NCBI GenBank assembly: GCA_964016885.1
Contig: OZ024745.1
Coordinates: 70,184,001 to 70,248,000 of the forward strand
DNA: 64,000 nucleotides
Direction of reading: 5' to 3'
From: Eledone cirrhosa
Lineage: Eukaryota
Program-made: the position numbers and the translations under genes
Shown here: positions 59,541 to 64,000 of the stretch, one piece after another
How positions within the stretch are numbered: the first letter of the stretch is position 1
Layout: every line of letters begins with the position of its first letter
The notes under the pieces: generated by a model
Database searches by the model: none
Told to the model about the DNA's origin: nothing
Seen by the model: only the letters and a program-made list of their open reading frames with translations

Positions 59541-60219
59541 TTATATATATATATATAACAAATTTCTCCAGGTTTACCACCGATTGAAAAGGAAAAAAAA
59601 ACAATGCGACTAATTCAATTCGATGAGAGAACGGTTTAGGAATAGCATTCAGTAAAATGTCAGATACATCAGGAAGAGCTAGATAAACATGACCTTATCA
59701 GAGAAACAAGAAAATTCTTCCAATATATATGAACGAAATTCAAACGTGCATGTAGAATAACTGTGAGATTATTTCACTATTTAAACTATATTTTTATGTT
59801 AACTGATTAGGACACAAGCCGTTTTTTTATTCCTATCAGAAGAGCAATAGATTTTAGATAAGCTAAATGGCAGTGGCATAACAACATCGTCGTAGCACCT
59901 GAACAGAATGTATACAACCGGGGAGAAAAAGCATTATGCCTAGCACCACAACTTGTTTAATCATGTACACTTACTCCCGTAACAAGGAGAAAATTCATTA
60001 GCTTTAATGCAATTATTTGAAAATTAATCCAATGGAAATATATACCACCGAATTGAAAATGAATATAAAATTAATCAGGCATTCAATGAGGTATTGTGAA
60101 ATCTGAATATGTTTCTATCTTATTAGACCTGCTAGTCTTCAGCAGGTCCTAAAATACATGAGAAGGCAACATAGAATTTGAGTAAAATCCACTCAGTAAT
60201 TATGTATTAAAAGAAATTG

Positions 60220-60412
60220 ATTCTAATATTGGCACAAGGACATATATTGATTATATCGACGCCAGTATTTAAATGGTACATTGTTCTTTCGGGGTCGGAA
60301 TATGAAAGAGAAAGTTGCCCTCATTGTGATGTGAATTCAGAATGTAAATTGTTGTAACTAAATCCCGCAATGAATTTGATCCAACGCACAAGTTTTACGC
60401 CAATTTTCCACC
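60220..60412 (-). mobile_element. Old diverged SINE copy
   Basis: GGCACAAGG...TGGTAC...ATGAAAGAGAAAGTTGCCCTC...GAATTCAGAA resembles the reverse-complemented consensus. Confidence 0.55.
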
Positions 60413-61583
60413 TTTAAAGCAATTCAAAATAATCACGTGGAGACATGATATATTCTACACACTTAGTTCCATTTTCACATTTCATGTAATATATCTTAAA
60501 TGATTATCATACAGTATTTCATGTTTGCCTTATACAAAGCTATGTAAATAAATGATCGAATTTGCTTGGCCGTTATAACTTATGAGGAAATAGCACATTC
60601 AGTTCAATATCAACTTTGCCTTTCATCCTTTCGGTTTAGAAAAAGATGTATAATTCAAAGGTGATGAATTGGCAGTTTTTTAATGGCAGACTAGTGTATA
60701 TGTTATGGCTATTTACCTTCTGCGGTCAACTCCGGTCTACTTTGCTAGTAGACTCATACCATCACTGGGTTTAGCATCACCGTCTCTCCTGGCGTATTGT
60801 GTGTGTTTAGCGAACTCCTCTCTGTTGCATTTGGACCAGGTTTCCTGTTTGTGGGTATTTTCCCCCTCCTTCCCACCAGTATCGAAAATCTTCAAAAGGT
60901 TATGGCACGATTATTCTCTCACAGACAAAACCGTAAAACATTAATATATCATCAAATGTAAGGTCTTATATAGTTGCGTGAAATGTTTACTTTTATGCAC
61001 TCGAACCTTCTAATTTTTGCTGCTCGTACTTCGGCATGGCTATGAATATATTCTCATGTGAGATTTGTCGCAATTGTTAAAGGAAGCTTTTTGTTGTGTT
61101 TCTTTACATTCAGAGCAAAATTATTTCTAAGTTTGAATTTCATCCTTCCGGGATCGATAAAATAAAGTGTCACTCAAGAACTTGAGACCCTTTAATGATC
61201 TCTTTCTTGACCTTAACATGTGTTTTGTGCCTTAATTATAAACTCTTATTTCTTCACCCTAAATCTCCAGTTAAATATTTACTGAAATGAAAGCTATTAA
61301 TGTCGAAATCAACTACTTGTCTTCATATTTTGTATAATATCCAAGCTAATATGTATATCTTCCGCGTTGTTTTCTCTTTGAAGATCAACATCGTATATAG
61401 TAATGTGTCGACATGTGCTTCTTTAGTACTTCAGCTAGAAAGAAAAAGATAACTTTCCTTTGGTTGGAATATAATATTCTTATATAAGATGATAACAAAC
61501 CGAACTAATACACTATCTAAATGTACTTTCTCATTGAAAATCGGCAGTTTTAGAAGAAAGTCATATGGACATTCATCGGAAAG

Positions 61584-61614
<31 letters not shown>

Positions 61615-64000
61615 AAGTTTCCTTCAGAAACGAAGGAAAATGCATTGAGGTGTGGCGCTTGATGAGAGTTAGAAAAGATACGCTCCAAAACATGCCTTTC
61701 TATTGATTATATATTCCTCAGAATGCTAATACCTTGTTTCTCTTTTCAGATTTCCCGTATATATGATAGTTTTTAGCAAGAAAACCAGGATACACATCTC
61801 AACCGTTACAGCTAGAAGTAGCGAACACTAATGTATTGTTGTATCCATTGTAATTGCCTAACATAGGTGTCATCCTCTGGAGCATCACAAATGGATATTT
61901 CTAAAGGATTTCCTATAGAAATATACATTATTTAGTATCACAAAGTGAAAATTACAGGCTGCAGATGTTTTTCTATGTATTCCTTAAAGCATTAATCAAT
62001 AAGACAGTTATTGTTATGTTTTACTTAGATTTGTTTTGTGAATATCTAGCATCTAGCAATTGATTCTGTGGTTTCTGATGTAGAACCAATATGGTTACCA
62101 AATGAAGAATAGGGAATTGAATTAAATTCAAAAACTCCTTTGCGTCTCAATAAAATAATACGATGTTATCTTAAACATCTTTCTGCTATTCTTAAATAGA
62201 AAACCATACAAATGCAATAATGATATTGGTTTCTTTTGAATATTTCGTACGTTTTAGGGGATAAACGATGGCTTCTTTATGCATCATCCATGTACACTTG
62301 CAGCTAAAGTACGTTCAAATAACCGTCTTTGCCTGCGAAGTGGTTATCTCATTTGTGGTGATGTTCGCCTTATAAACTGTTATCAAACAAATAGTTGATT
62401 AGGTGTTAATGATAAATCTAGCAATCAGTGCATTTATTTATTGTCGTCTTTCCCTTCTTAAATCTCCCCAAGCAGGTTGGGGTCTATTCTAAATCCCTAT
62501 TATTCAATGTCAGCCATGATAGGACTTAAATAGTCAAGAGATACACTTGCTATACTGATATTTGGGGTTCAATCATATTGCATGAAATCTTAGGCGAGTA
62601 ACTTTTTTTTATATTCACGAATCGACCCCTACCTGGGAATTACATAAATTGTACATGTTTCTGTAAAATACTACACATTCATTTAACGAGTATGATGTTC
62701 CGTTGCTTAATCAAATAATGCGCATCTTTGTAATGGACGGGTGATCCACCATCATCATCAACATGATTTTATGAAAGTCAAAGGCGAATGTGTAGTAGAT
62801 TTGTTGGGGTTCTATATATTAATTAGTTCTAGCATTCATCACGTCTATGTTACATTTTGTCTCTTCAGAGACGGTAAAATATATACCAGATATGAAATTC
62901 ATTGGAAAATACGTATTATAATCCACCCTTCGTAACAATCTCTGGCATTTTATTGATGTAACAATTATCCCAATTATTGAGGTAAGAGTAACGTATTGTT
63001 GATATTGACAATATGAACATAATTCGTAGTCTTTTTTACCTCATTTCATTAGAAATATAAATGTTTATTATACTTCAGAAACATACTAAAAATTAAGATA
63101 AAATATGACAAAATAATTGAGAGGCGGAATACTCTACACACAAAGCTGGAAAATATATTTGAGTAGCGACAAGATATTTTGTACGCTAATTAGTAATCCT
63201 CTATCGTTTCATGCTGATATTATTGTTATGGCAACTAACTGGATCAGCACTTAATACTGGTTTTCTGTATATATTGTTTTCTGTGATCAAAATTTTGGAC
63301 TGTATTTAGAATGGCTGTTTTCTGGAATGTTGCGTTTCATGATATTGTGCATATATTTCAGTTCATTATAAATGAATTAAAGTGCTAATGTCAATTAATA
63401 TTCATATCATCTGTACTTCTATGTCAGTGTGTTTTAAAATTGTATTTATAATTTGCATTATTTGTTCAGAAAAGATGGTGGTCACTGAATTCAAATGCTT
63501 AAACCTATATTCTGAAAGCTGGAATCTGAGCCTATATTTCTCAATTATATAGGTTTCCCTCGTGTATTCTTCCCAATCCTTTGCAAACAGATCATTTTAA
63601 TGCATTTCTATAACGTATAGTCTGCTTTCATCGCTACTATGTTATTCGTCATGAATAAGCGTCGTCTGCTCTCAGTGGGTTCAAATATAGATCGCCATAT
63701 CTGTCTTTCTTGTGCCGTCCTTCAGCATTTCCTCTATCATTACGCTACCTGATGCTTGGTTGTATTCATACATGCAAGTCAGCATCACTTCCATTTCATT
63801 TTACTTTGTATTAATAATCTCTGTAAGTCATTTCTTTTCAAGAACATTTAAGATTTGTTCTCTCGTGATGATTCTAAATAATGTTTTGTAGGTTTTGCCA
63901 TACAATATATATAATACATTTATCATGCCATGCCGCAATGATTAGGGTTAATTACAAATGAATAGTTAGCAGCAAAATGTTCTACAATAATGCCCAGTCA

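Noticed and set aside
57730-63900. Further minus-strand exon candidates (~57745-57855, ~61725-61900, 63200-63800)
   Set aside because: Short frames with stops and no recognisable domain; indistinguishable from chance by eye.

Overview
AT-rich, microsatellite-dense non-coding eukaryotic DNA. The tRNA-derived SINE family and the (TA)n load suggest a cephalopod (Octopus-like) genome, which is an inference. No intact host protein-coding gene can be supported, and almost all listed ORFs are translations of (TA)n/(CA)n repeats. The window holds decayed Penelope-like elements (PLE; RT and GIY-YIG fragments), R4/Dong-, CRE- and RTE-type LINE 3' fragments, a non-autonomous Helitron, about a dozen SINE copies and a few possible pseudo-exons. 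The main signal is a dense set of minimal type-I hammerhead ribozyme (HHR) motifs with palindromic stem III, found by manual base-pairing at about 10 loci. They sit in small non-coding elements inserted in (TA)n tracts. These include a 472-bp tandem retrozyme-like unit at two loci, fold-back palindromes with an HHR on both strands and reiterated apex repeats, and HHRs with the compensatory U3-A8 core. All assignments come from reading the sequence by eye, with no database search.
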